A stretch of DNA of 64,000 nucleotides from an uncultured Chitinophagales bacterium (GTDB lineage: Bacteria > Bacteroidota > Bacteroidia > Chitinophagales > S012-47): positions 19,838 through 83,837 of the forward strand of contig CAYRDC010000004.1 of NCBI GenBank assembly GCA_964422925.1, read 5' to 3'. Made by a program: the position numbers and the translations under genes. This document shows positions 1 through 8,408 of the stretch, piece by piece. Position 1 is the first letter of the stretch, and the number at the start of each line of letters is the position of its first letter. A model generated the notes under the pieces. It worked only from the letters and a program-made list of their open reading frames with translations, had not been told where the DNA came from and searched no databases.

Positions 1-1
1 T

Positions 2-43
2 ATTAAAGTAGCCGATGCCATGCTGGCCCAGGGGCTTGTCTGA
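2..43 (+). CDS. 3' end of an unidentified CDS that runs off the left edge
   Basis: This is the only frame open from base 2. It reads IKVADAMLAQGLV and stops at TGA 41-43, and a terminator hairpin follows. It is too short to identify. Confidence 0.3.
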   Translation: MKVADAMLAQGLV

Positions 44-73
44 GCATTTGAATGTTATTTCTCTTATTTTTGT

Positions 74-109
74 ATCCGGTTCGGACCTTTCCGAACCGGA
101 TCTTTTTTT
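74..109 (+). terminator. Rho-independent terminator hairpin
   Basis: A 12-bp perfect stem, atccggttcgga (74-85) with tccgaaccggat (90-101), has a 4-nt loop and is followed by C plus T7 (102-109). Confidence 0.65.
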
Positions 110-766
110 ATGAGATACTTGCACAAAGAAGGACGTAAAATTGTATTCCAGCTGTTTTTACTGCTGCTGGCCCTGAATATTATCTGGCAAATGGCCTTTA
201 CCGGAAGGCCTATCGCCTCTACCATGCTCATGGTAGCTTCGGTGGTTACCCTGATGGTGGTAGCGGCCTTTTTCCGAAACCCCACCCGCTATCCCGACCC
301 CGATGACAATAAGGTGATCGCTCCGGCTGACGGAAAAATCGTTGTGATTGAAGAAGTCATGGAAGATGAGTTCTTCAAGGACAAACGCCTGATGGTATCC
401 ATTTTCATGTCTGTGAAGAACATTCATGTAAACCGGAACCCGGTCAGCGGGCAGGTGAAATACATCAAATACCACCCGGGGCGGTACTGGGTTGCCTGGC
501 ATCCGAAATCATCGGAAGAAAATGAACGGACCAGTATCGTGATCAGCAATCATAAACTGGACCTGCTGGTGCGACAGATTGCCGGCAAACTGGCCCGCAG
601 AATTGTCTATTACCTGAAGGAAGGCGACCGCATACTCCAGGGCCATGAATTCGGATTTATTAAATTTGGATCCAGAGTGGACATCTTCCTGCCGCTGGAC
701 ACCCGGCTGAACATCGAATTGGGGCAGCGCGTAAAGGGAGGCGAAACCATAATTGCTTATTTGTAA
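110..766 (+). CDS. psd: Phosphatidylserine decarboxylase family protein (short, membrane-anchored type)
   Basis: 218 aa with N-terminal hydrophobic segments. It has the APADGKIV motif and a C-terminal FGSRVD Gly-Ser self-cleavage motif typical of pyruvoyl PSD proenzymes. Confidence 0.85.
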   Translation: MRYLHKEGRKIVFQLFLLLLALNIIWQMAFTGRPIASTMLMVASVVTLMVVAAFFRNPTRYPDPDDNKVIAPADGKIVVIEEVMEDEFFKDKRLMVSIFMSVKNIHVNRNPVSGQVKYIKYHPGRYWVAWHPKSSEENERTSIVISNHKLDLLVRQIAGKLARRIVYYLKEGDRILQGHEFGFIKFGSRVDIFLPLDTRLNIELGQRVKGGETIIAYL

Positions 767-782
767 CCTACAATCCAGCCGT

Positions 783-1082
783 ATGAAAAAATTCATGCTT
801 TTTATTGCCATCACCGGATTGATAACCGTTATGGCCCAAGCCCAAACCAATTCCCAGAATGAATCAAACATTCCGCAGCAGGAACAGGCAGTTCCCGCGT
901 CACCTAACACGCCCGTGGCCACTCCGGTGGTTCCGGCAACCCAGGGGGCAGCCAATAAAAGTTACTGCCAACCGGGAGTAAAGAAATCGTGTTGCAGCAA
1001 AGGAAAAGGCAAAGCATGTTGTAAAAAGGATAAAGCGAAAGGTAATCAGCCAGAAGAAGGCAAGAATAACGACCCGAATTAG
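783..1082 (+). CDS. Small secreted protein with a Cys/Lys-rich C-terminal tail (hypothetical)
   Basis: ATG at 783 gives the signal peptide MKKFMLFIAITGLITVMAQAQ. A Pro/Thr/Ala-rich linker follows, then CQPGVKKSCCSKGKGKACCKKDK. I do not recognise a family. Confidence 0.5.
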   Translation: MKKFMLFIAITGLITVMAQAQTNSQNESNIPQQEQAVPASPNTPVATPVVPATQGAANKSYCQPGVKKSCCSKGKGKACCKKDKAKGNQPEEGKNNDPN

Positions 1083-1798
1083 TTGTTGGGCAGAAAAATT
1101 TCCAGCAATTCCGGGAGGCTGCTGATCTCATAGGTCGCAGCCTCTTCGTACGTATGGCCCTTTGGATTGTATAACACCTGGCCCATGCCGGCCCTGCGCG
1201 CCCCCAGGATATCCACTTCCCAGTTATCCCCGATGTAAACCGATTCTTCCGCGCGGGCCCCGGCTTCTTTCATTGCAAATTCAAAAATTGCTTTATCAGG
1301 CTTCAGGCATCCCGTTTCCTCTGAAGTCACCACCACCTGGAAATATTTCTCCAAGCCGGTAACCTTTAATTTGGTCCGCTGCACATAATCAAACCCATTG
1401 GTAATCAGGTGGAGTGGATAATGGCGGGCCAGCCGCTCCAGCACTTCAACGGTACCGTCCATCAGGCAGGATTTGCGGGAACAGACATCCAGGTAAGCAT
1501 CAGACAATTCAATGGCCATACCTTTATCCGTGATCCCGAAATCATTCAGTGTCCTGATCCATCGGTTTATGCGCAGGAAATTGCGCGTTATATTCCCTTT
1601 CCGGTAATCATCCCACAGTTTTTCATTGCGGAAATGATATTGTTCAATGAACTTCTTCCGGCTGGGAATTCCCTTGTCCTTTAACCGGAATTTATCATAC
1701 AACTCCTCCAGGGTTTGCAGCGAGCTGGCCGCGAAATCATACAAGGTGTAATCAAGGTCGAAAAACAAATGGCGATATTGAGTTGGCCAATTTTCCAT
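1079..1798 (-). CDS. HAD-superfamily hydrolase, subfamily IA (YjjG-like nucleotidase type)
   Basis: Motif I is FFDLDYTLYDF (DxDxT). ITNG is motif II and YIGDNWEVDILGA is motif IV. 239 aa. Confidence 0.8.
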   Translation of the reverse strand: MENWPTQYRHLFFDLDYTLYDFAASSLQTLEELYDKFRLKDKGIPSRKKFIEQYHFRNEKLWDDYRKGNITRNFLRINRWIRTLNDFGITDKGMAIELSDAYLDVCSRKSCLMDGTVEVLERLARHYPLHLITNGFDYVQRTKLKVTGLEKYFQVVVTSEETGCLKPDKAIFEFAMKEAGARAEESVYIGDNWEVDILGARRAGMGQVLYNPKGHTYEEAATYEISSLPELLEIFLPNN

Positions 1799-2205
1799 TA
1801 TTGTTCTGGCTTATCCTGGCAAAATTCAACCAAAACCCCATGGGTGTCTTTCGGATGCAGGAAATTGATAAGCTTGTCGTCAGCGCCAGGCTGTGCTTTA
1901 GCATATAATAGCCGGAAGCCCTCTGAACGTAAGCGGGAAGCTTCGCCTTCCGCATCAGTTGTGCTGAACGCGATATGGTGAATTCCTTCTCCCCTTTTTT
2001 CCAGGAATTGCTGGACGGGGCTTAACGGATCAGTCGGCTGCAGCAATTCGATCTTCACATTCCCAACATCAAAAAACATAGTCGCAACGGCCTGGCCCGG
2101 GACTTCTTCCGTCTTGTAGGGCGGGCGACCCAGCAGTCGGGTAAACAACTCACCGGCTTTTTCCAGGTCCTGTACGGCAATGCCTATGTGTTCCAGTTTG
2201 TCCAT
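1798..2205 (-). CDS. mce: Methylmalonyl-CoA epimerase / VOC (glyoxalase-fold) family protein
   Basis: 135 aa. It has an N-terminal LEHIGIAVQDLEKA and a C-terminal FLHPKDTHGVLVEF, the typical pattern of methylmalonyl-CoA epimerases. Its stop overlaps the HAD gene start by 1 nt. Confidence 0.75.
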   Translation of the reverse strand: MDKLEHIGIAVQDLEKAGELFTRLLGRPPYKTEEVPGQAVATMFFDVGNVKIELLQPTDPLSPVQQFLEKRGEGIHHIAFSTTDAEGEASRLRSEGFRLLYAKAQPGADDKLINFLHPKDTHGVLVEFCQDKPEQ

Positions 2206-2305
2206 GCGATGCGCTTTGCCCTAAAATTAGAAAAAACCCTTGCACTTCCTGTTGTGTACCCTGTGAACCTGTTCTCGCTTGAAATTGTTTTACCCCTGAA
2301 ACTTG

Positions 2306-2313
2306 TATTTTTG
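2306..2313 (+). promoter_or_regulatory. Candidate Bacteroidota -7 promoter box (TAnnTTTG)
   Basis: tatttttg is an exact match to the TAnnTTTG consensus. It lies 19 nt upstream of the ATG at 2332, in a divergent intergenic region. Confidence 0.4.
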
Positions 2314-2331
2314 CCTTAAAGCCCAAATCCC

Positions 2332-2658
2332 ATGTTATACATCTCTGAAAGCGCCAGGAACCGCGTTTTGCAAATTATGGAACAGGAGCAAAAAGACGAT
2401 AGCTGGTTTGTCCGGGTCAGTGTCACCTCTGGTGGCTGTTCCGGATTCAGCTATCACATGGAGTTCGACAACGAGCTGAAACCGGATGACCAGGTGTTTG
2501 AAGACAAAGGCATACGCCTGGTGACGGATATAAAGAGTGTGTTGTACTTATTCGGGACCACCCTGAATTTCAGTGACGGCCTGAATGGCAAGGGATTTTA
2601 TTTTGAGAACCCCAACGCCAGCCGTACTTGTTCCTGTGGCGAAAGCTTTGCCGTCTGA
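2332..2658 (+). CDS. A-type iron-sulfur cluster carrier (HesB/IscA/ErpA family)
   Basis: 108 aa. The three conserved Cys are present: SGGCSGFSY and a C-terminal CSCGESF. Confidence 0.85.
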   Translation: MLYISESARNRVLQIMEQEQKDDSWFVRVSVTSGGCSGFSYHMEFDNELKPDDQVFEDKGIRLVTDIKSVLYLFGTTLNFSDGLNGKGFYFENPNASRTCSCGESFAV

Positions 2659-2660
2659 TT

Positions 2661-3938
2661 TTACAGCTCAGGATATAACGGGAACCCCTGCATAAATTCA
2701 TTCACTTCGGCCCGCACTGCGCGGATCAGTTCTTCATTTTCCGGATCTGTTACAATGCGGTCGATCCAGTCCACTATTTTCAGCATATCCGTTTCCTTCA
2801 GGCCGCGGGTAGTCACTGCGGCCGTACCGATGCGTATGCCTGAGGTGACGAACGGGGATTTGTCATCAAAGGGAACCATGTTTTTATTGACCGTGATATC
2901 GGCCGCTACCAGGGCATTCTCCGCCTGCTTGCCAGTAATATTTTTTGAGCGCAGGTCGATCAGCATCAGGTGGTTGTCGGTTCCCCCGGAAATCACTTTA
3001 TAGCCTTTCTGTACAAAAGCTTCAGCCATGGTTTTGGCATTGGAGATTACCTGCCGGCAATAAGCGGCAAATTCATCGGTCAGGGCTTCTCCGAAGGCCA
3101 CCGCTTTAGCGGCAATCACGTGCTCCAGCGGCCCACCCTGGGTACCGGGAAACACCGCGCTGTCCATTATGGCTGACATTTTCCGGATCTTTCCCTTGGG
3201 AGTCAGAATGCCCCAGGGATTGTCGAAATTCTGTCCCATCATGAGCATGCCGCCTCTCGGGCCCCGGAGTGTTTTGTGGGTGGTGGTGCTCACAAAATGG
3301 CAATACGGCATTGGATCGTTGAGCAAGCCCTTGGCGATTAAGCCGGCCGGGTGGGCAATGTCCGCCACCAGGAAGGCTCCCACCGAATCGGCTATCTGGC
3401 GGAAGCGCTTGTAATCCCAATCGCGGGCATAAGCCGAAGCCCCGCAGATAATTAGCTTTGGTTTTTCCTTGCGAGCGATTTCTTCCACATGATCCATGTC
3501 AATCATCCCGGTTACCTCCTCCACACCGTAAAACACGGGGCGGTAGAGCTTTCCCGAAAAATTCACCGGGCTGCCGTGAGTCAGGTGCCCGCCATGCGAC
3601 AGGTTGAATCCCAGGATGATATCTCCGGGCTTCAGTACCCCCAGCATAACAGCCGCGTTTGCCTGAGCTCCGCTGTGCGGCTGTACATTGACCCAGGCAG
3701 CTCCGAACAGTTCTTTGGCACGTTCGCGGGCAAGGTCTTCGGTTTTGTCAACCACTTCGCAACCGCCATAATAGCGTCTGCCCGGCAGGCCTTCCGCGTA
3801 TTTATTGGTCAGGCAAGAACCCATGGCTTGCAACACCTGCAGGCTGGTGAAGTTTTCCGAAGCAATCAGCTCAATACCCTTGCGCTGGCGCTCCAGTTCC
3901 TCCTGAATCAAATCAAAAACCAGTGTGTCGCGTTTCAT
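2661..3938 (-). CDS. glyA: Serine hydroxymethyltransferase
   Basis: It carries the [16 protein letters not shown]-lysine motif and is conserved throughout. I prefer the ATG at 3938, because the longer ORF starts at a TTG (3965) that lies inside the predicted -7 box. Confidence 0.95.
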   Translation of the reverse strand: MKRDTLVFDLIQEELERQRKGIELIASENFTSLQVLQAMGSCLTNKYAEGLPGRRYYGGCEVVDKTEDLARERAKELFGAAWVNVQPHSGAQANAAVMLGVLKPGDIILGFNLSHGGHLTHGSPVNFSGKLYRPVFYGVEEVTGMIDMDHVEEIARKEKPKLIICGASAYARDWDYKRFRQIADSVGAFLVADIAHPAGLIAKGLLNDPMPYCHFVSTTTHKTLRGPRGGMLMMGQNFDNPWGILTPKGKIRKMSAIMDSAVFPGTQGGPLEHVIAAKAVAFGEALTDEFAAYCRQVISNAKTMAEAFVQKGYKVISGGTDNHLMLIDLRSKNITGKQAENALVAADITVNKNMVPFDDKSPFVTSGIRIGTAAVTTRGLKETDMLKIVDWIDRIVTDPENEELIRAVRAEVNEFMQGFPLYPEL

Positions 3939-3962
3939 ATACCTGTTTTTTGTTCTCCGGCT

Positions 3963-3970
3963 CAAAAGTA
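3963..3970 (-). promoter_or_regulatory. Candidate -7 promoter box for glyA
   Basis: The minus strand reads tacttttg (TAnnTTTG), 25 nt upstream of the ATG at 3938. Confidence 0.4.
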
Positions 3971-4024
3971 TAAAAACCCGTTCGTCCGGTCAGGGACTAT
4001 GCACCAATCCACTGCAGGTTTTTC

Positions 4025-4032
4025 TAAATTTG
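4025..4032 (+). promoter_or_regulatory. Candidate -7 promoter box for the NMO/FabK-like gene
   Basis: taaatttg (TAnnTTTG) lies 16 nt upstream of the in-frame GTG at 4048. Confidence 0.4.
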
Positions 4033-4047
4033 GCGCAAAAGCTGGAG

Positions 4048-4986
4048 GTGAAAAACAGGATTACCCGATTATTTGGTATCGAATACCCGATTAACCAGGG
4101 AGGAATGATCTGGTGCGCTGGCTGGGAACTGGCTGCGGCTGTCAGCAACGCGGGTGCCCTGGGCCTGATCGGGTCCGGGAGCATGTACCCGGATATTTTA
4201 CGCGAACATATCAGGAAGTGCAAGCAGGCCACCAACAAGCCGTTCGGGGTGAATGTGCCCCTGATGTACCCACAGATCAACGACCATATGCAAATTATAC
4301 TGGAAGAAAAGGTACCAATTGTTTTCACCTCGGCCGGCAATCCCAAAACCTGGACTCCCGTACTCAAAGAACAGGGTATCACGGTGGCTCATGTCGTATC
4401 CAGTGTGAAATTTGCCCTAAAGAGCCAGGAAGCCGGGGTGGATGTCGTGGTGGCCGAAGGCTTTGAAGCCGGGGGCCATAACGGGCGGGAAGAAACAACC
4501 ACTTTTTGCCTGGTACCCGCGGTTAGCGATGCCGTGAAGATACCGGTCATAGCCGCTGGCGGCATTGCCACGGGCCGGCAAATGCTGGCCGCCATGGCGC
4601 TCGGAGCTGAAGGCGTGCAGATTGGCACCCGCTTCGTGGCCAGCCGGGAATCGTCAGCCCATGAAGCTTTCAAGCGAAAGGTGCTGGAAATAGGCGAAGG
4701 GGAAACCCAGCTAAGCCTGAAACAACTAGCTCCCGTCCGGTTAATTAAAAACGATTTTTTTAAAAAAGTACGGGAAGCCGAACTGCGCGGAGCCAGTCCG
4801 GAAGAACTGGCCGGTCTCCTCGGGCGGGGCCGGGCCAAAAAAGGCATGTTTGAAGGCGACCTTAGCGAAGGAGAACTGGAAATCGGCCAGGTGTCCGGCA
4901 TGATCCGCGACATCAAACCGGCCGGACAGATTGTCCGCGACCTCTGGAAAGAATACACCGAGGCACGAAATAACCTACTGGAATAG
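4048..4986 (+). CDS. FMN-dependent nitronate monooxygenase / enoyl-ACP reductase II (FabK)-like oxidoreductase
   Basis: The GTG at 4048 gives VKNRITRLFGIEYPINQGGM, a typical N-terminus for this family. GFEAGGH and AAGGIATG motifs are also present. The upstream extension to 3925 overlaps the glyA start and both promoter boxes. Confidence 0.8.
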   Translation: MKNRITRLFGIEYPINQGGMIWCAGWELAAAVSNAGALGLIGSGSMYPDILREHIRKCKQATNKPFGVNVPLMYPQINDHMQIILEEKVPIVFTSAGNPKTWTPVLKEQGITVAHVVSSVKFALKSQEAGVDVVVAEGFEAGGHNGREETTTFCLVPAVSDAVKIPVIAAGGIATGRQMLAAMALGAEGVQIGTRFVASRESSAHEAFKRKVLEIGEGETQLSLKQLAPVRLIKNDFFKKVREAELRGASPEELAGLLGRGRAKKGMFEGDLSEGELEIGQVSGMIRDIKPAGQIVRDLWKEYTEARNNLLE

Positions 4987-5092
4987 CCCGTTAACATTTT
5001 ATATCATCCTTCCCGCTCCTTTCCTGTAACATGCCTCCACCTCCTCCGTATGAATGGGTGTACATTATACACTTATTCCAAAATACCCCTAA

Positions 5093-6229
5093 ATGCTGAA
5101 AAATACCCCAATATTGCTATTGGTATGGTTTTCGTTTATCTCGGTCGGACTCTCTGGACAGAATGATTGCGGAACAGAAATCACTAAAGCCGAATACGAA
5201 TACCTCAGCCACGACCGGGAAGCGCGGAATAATTACATTCCTTCCCGCTACAAAACCTTTGAATCGGTTCCCATAAAAGCACATGTTGTACGTCAATCAG
5301 ACGGAAGGGGTGGTGTAAGTCCCGAACTGCTAATCTATGCCTTACAGGATCTGAACAAGGCCTTCAGCAATTCAGGCATTCATTTCACCTATGTTGGTGA
5401 CATTGACTACATCGACAGCGACACTTACTATAAATTTTCAAAACAGGAAGAGGAAGCACTGGCCTCCGGCCATGACCGGAATGATGCCATCAATGTCTAT
5501 TTCCTGAACAGCATCACCAACAATTCCGGCATACCGATTTGCGGATACAGTTACATGCCGGGGGGTAAGAACCGGTTATTCCTTTCGGCTTCGTGTCTGG
5601 GCAACGGTACCACTTTTGCCCACGAAATGGGTCATTACCTGAGCCTGTACCATACGCATGGCGTAAGTTTCAATCCACCCGAACTGGCTGATGAGTCAAA
5701 TTGCAGCCTTGCCGGTGACGAGCTTTGTGATACACCGGCCGACCCGAACTTGTTGGGCAAGGTGGAAGGCTGTGAATATACAGGAAAAGATTTGGACGTG
5801 GAAGGGAATCCGTATCATCCCGATGTTGAAAATATTATGTCTTATGCCACACCCAGCTGCCGTGTTCATTTCAGCCAGGGACAGATCAACCGGATGCTTT
5901 TCAGCCTCCAGCATGACCGGGCTTTCCTGGCCTTCAGCGATACGGCCAGTTCCTTTGCCGATCAGTTAGCGCCCGGGCCGGTTACCCTGGAAGTTTATCC
6001 CAATCCCAGTCAGGGACAAATTAACATCCGGGTTAAAGAAGAAATATTCAGCGATGCATACATCGCCATATACAATGTTTTTGGAAAGTTAGTGGATCAG
6101 CAGTTATTACCTCAACTGCCAGCCGGTGGAAGTATTCCGCTCGATCTATCAAGGTATGGTAAGGGTATCTATGTGGTTTATTTGAAAAACGGGAGTACGA
6201 CAGCTATGCAAAAAGTAATCTATCAGTAA
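5093..6229 (+). CDS. Secreted zinc metalloprotease (M43 pappalysin/cytophagalysin-like) with T9SS C-terminal sorting domain
   Basis: It has a signal peptide, the HEMGHYLSLYHTH zinc site (HExxHxxxxxH), and the C-terminal LEVYPNPSQGQINI...GIYVVYL type A sorting domain. Confidence 0.75.
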   Translation: MLKNTPILLLVWFSFISVGLSGQNDCGTEITKAEYEYLSHDREARNNYIPSRYKTFESVPIKAHVVRQSDGRGGVSPELLIYALQDLNKAFSNSGIHFTYVGDIDYIDSDTYYKFSKQEEEALASGHDRNDAINVYFLNSITNNSGIPICGYSYMPGGKNRLFLSASCLGNGTTFAHEMGHYLSLYHTHGVSFNPPELADESNCSLAGDELCDTPADPNLLGKVEGCEYTGKDLDVEGNPYHPDVENIMSYATPSCRVHFSQGQINRMLFSLQHDRAFLAFSDTASSFADQLAPGPVTLEVYPNPSQGQINIRVKEEIFSDAYIAIYNVFGKLVDQQLLPQLPAGGSIPLDLSRYGKGIYVVYLKNGSTTAMQKVIYQ

Positions 6230-6281
6230 AGAATTTTTCTGTTTCGTTCATTCCACCAATGGCAGTCTTTTCAAAAGGGAG

Positions 6282-6316
6282 GAAGGCAGGATCGAAAGGT
6301 CCTGCCTTCGTTTTTT
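6282..6316 (+). terminator. Rho-independent terminator
   Basis: The stem pairs gaaggcagga (6282-6291) with tcctgccttc (6300-6309) around a GAAA-containing loop. G plus T6 follows (6310-6316). Confidence 0.65.
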
Positions 6317-6515
6317 GAAAAAGATTGATTTGCTTCTTTCTATCTGTTTTGATATATTCGCATTTATTGGCGGATTCCTGTCCCGATACACCCGGAAAAG
6401 TTTCTATCTGCGATCATAGCAATCTGCTGTCCTGAAACCGGGTATGATTTTTTTTCTGCATAATTCATGAAATAATTGTTCGGGTAAACCATTACCTAAC
6501 CAAAATATATTTAAA

Positions 6516-7467
6516 ATGAGAAAGATTCATTTTTGCGTATTACCCTTAGCCATAGCATTGGCAGCTTGTAGCTCAGGCATTAACGAAGTGGGCCCTCCGG
6601 AAAAAATCCGGGTGGAATCAACGCCTGAGCGACTGGCCCGCGGAGAATATCTGGCCAATCATGTCACATTATGTACCGATTGCCACTCAAAAAGGAATCC
6701 CGAAATATTTGCCCTACCGGTCGTTCCCGGCACGGAAGGTATGGGAGGTGAACACCACGGCAAAGAAATGGGTTTGCCGGGCGATGTGTATGTAGACAAC
6801 ATTACACCGGCTGCTTTAGGCGACTGGACAGACGGGGAACTGATCCGGGACATTACCTGTGGGGTTAGTAAAAATGATAAACCTCTTTTCCCCTTTATGC
6901 CATATTTAGCTTATGGCAAACTGACCAGGGAAGATCTGTATTCCATTGTGGCTTACATCCGAACATTAAAGCCTATCGAAAACAATGTGCCGGAAACTAA
7001 AATAAAATTCCCCGTGAGTATGTTCATGAAAAGCATGCCTCAACCTGCAGATTACACTCCCTCGGTAGATAAAAACAACGCTGTGGAATATGGTAAATAT
7101 CTCACTACCATCGCTTCCTGCAAGGATTGCCATACGCCATTCAAGAAAGGCAAGTATATAGAAGAAGAAGCTTTCTCTGGCGGCCAGGAATTTCCATTAC
7201 GGGGTGGTGCTGTTGTACGGTCAGCTAACATAACCCCCAGATCCTGAAACAGGTTTGGGAATGGGAAGAAAATCATTCATTGAAAAATTTAAAAAATTTG
7301 CCGATCCCGATTATAAAATGGAAAAAGTGGCTCCCGGGGAATTCAACACGTATATGCCCTGGCGGGCTTATGCGGGAATGACGGAAGAAGACCTCGGAGC
7401 TATTTATGACTATCTGCAAACCATCAAGCCGGTTTACAAGCAAGTAACCATATTTGAACACAAGTAG
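6516..7467 (+). pseudogene. Diheme c-type cytochrome lipoprotein, interrupted by a +1 frameshift in a C5 run
   Basis: There are two CxxCH sites (CTDCH, CKDCH) and the signal LAIALAAC. Frame 0 stops at 7245-7247 just after ANITP. The sequence continues in frame +1 from 7234 as PPDPETGLG...MPWRAYAGMTEEDL, so the two ORFs (6516-7247 and 7255-7467) are halves of one gene. Confidence 0.7.
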
Positions 7468-7702
7468 TCAGGTCCCTACTTCCCCTGCTATTGATAGTAC
7501 ATTCTAATACCAGGTGTGTTACGCAAATATATTCACTGTAACACATCTCCCCATGGTGCGGTTTCGCCCTGAAAAGCCGGAACGCGGTCGGCATAGGTTT
7601 GCCATCTGGACCTTTGCCAACCTGGCACCCCGTTCGCTGGCCCACCACCGGTGGTACCACCGGCATTTTTCGGATTACCCATATAGAAAAGCATTGATAC
7701 CC

Positions 7703-7711
7703 TTTATACTC
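7703..7711 (+). repeat. Left copy of the 9-bp direct repeat TTTATACTC
   Basis: This is an exact 9-mer, repeated at 9998-10006 on the other side of the AT-rich islet. Confidence 0.8.
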
Positions 7712-7788
7712 TAGAATCACATATTTTACCTTTTATTCCATAATTATATCTCCTAAAAAACTGTTATTAGGTAGTTTATATATTATTA

Positions 7789-7796
7789 GGGGGGGG
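7789..7796 (+). repeat. Homopolymeric G8 tract
   Basis: gggggggg sits in an otherwise very AT-rich stretch, about 100 nt upstream of the first islet ORF. Confidence 0.9.
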
Positions 7797-7899
7797 TATG
7801 CTTATCACTTTTCCCGGGTTTTTGTTACAAAGACTCTAAATACCAGAACATAATATTGAATTCGTAAACACTTCATTTTGAAACCAAAAATTTCTAAAA

Positions 7900-8394
7900 A
7901 TGTCAAAAACAATCATTTATTTTGCGGCAACCATTTTACTAATGGTATCTTGCAATAAAGTCGAAAAAGATTTCAAAAGTGTTATACTAAACAAAAATCA
8001 GATTCATTCAAAACAGTCTAGTGCAAGTCTAACTTTTGTAATTCTCAACTATGACCCCGATACTGGTGAACCAATATGTGATTGTTTACCACCAGCATGT
8101 ACCTGCATTAAAGAAGTTGTTATTACTGCAGATAAAAATGTTGCTTATAATCAATTCAAGAATTCCGTAAACAACGCCACTAGCAGTTTCTTTACTAATG
8201 GACCATGGAATACCTTATGGCCAAATTTAACTTCTGACGACCTTGCGATTTTGAGGGATACATCCAATACCATTCATTCGTATTTAAATAATGATAGCAC
8301 TATATATTATATTACAGTCCCTAATAATTATGCCTTTGATATCAATAATTTTAATCCGAACGATGCGTTATTTGTATTACCTGTAATTGAATAA
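7900..8394 (+). CDS. Hypothetical lipoprotein (islet ORF A)
   Basis: The signal/lipobox is MSKTIIYFAATILLMVSC. There is a Cys patch, CDCLPPACTC. 164 aa, Asn-rich, with no recognised motif. Confidence 0.6.
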   Translation: MSKTIIYFAATILLMVSCNKVEKDFKSVILNKNQIHSKQSSASLTFVILNYDPDTGEPICDCLPPACTCIKEVVITADKNVAYNQFKNSVNNATSSFFTNGPWNTLWPNLTSDDLAILRDTSNTIHSYLNNDSTIYYITVPNNYAFDINNFNPNDALFVLPVIE

Positions 8395-8408
8395 TCTGTA
8401 CCCAGTTG

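Noticed and set aside
3925-4047. N-terminal extensions of the NMO/FabK-like ORF (GTG 3925) and of glyA (TTG 3965).
   Set aside because: The extensions overlap each other and both candidate -7 boxes. The shorter starts (GTG 4048, ATG 3938) give the N-termini typical of these families.
4389-4997. A 202-aa minus-strand ORF opposite the NMO/FabK-like gene.
   Set aside because: It is antisense to a motif-bearing gene. The product is Ser/Pro/Ala-rich and low-complexity.
7424-7720. A 98-aa minus-strand ORF spanning the GC-rich patch and the 3' end of the cytochrome gene.
   Set aside because: It is not called as a gene. The sequence does not look protein-like, it starts at a GTG inside the AT-rich boundary, and it overlaps the cytochrome gene. 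It is kept only as context for the direct-repeat observation.
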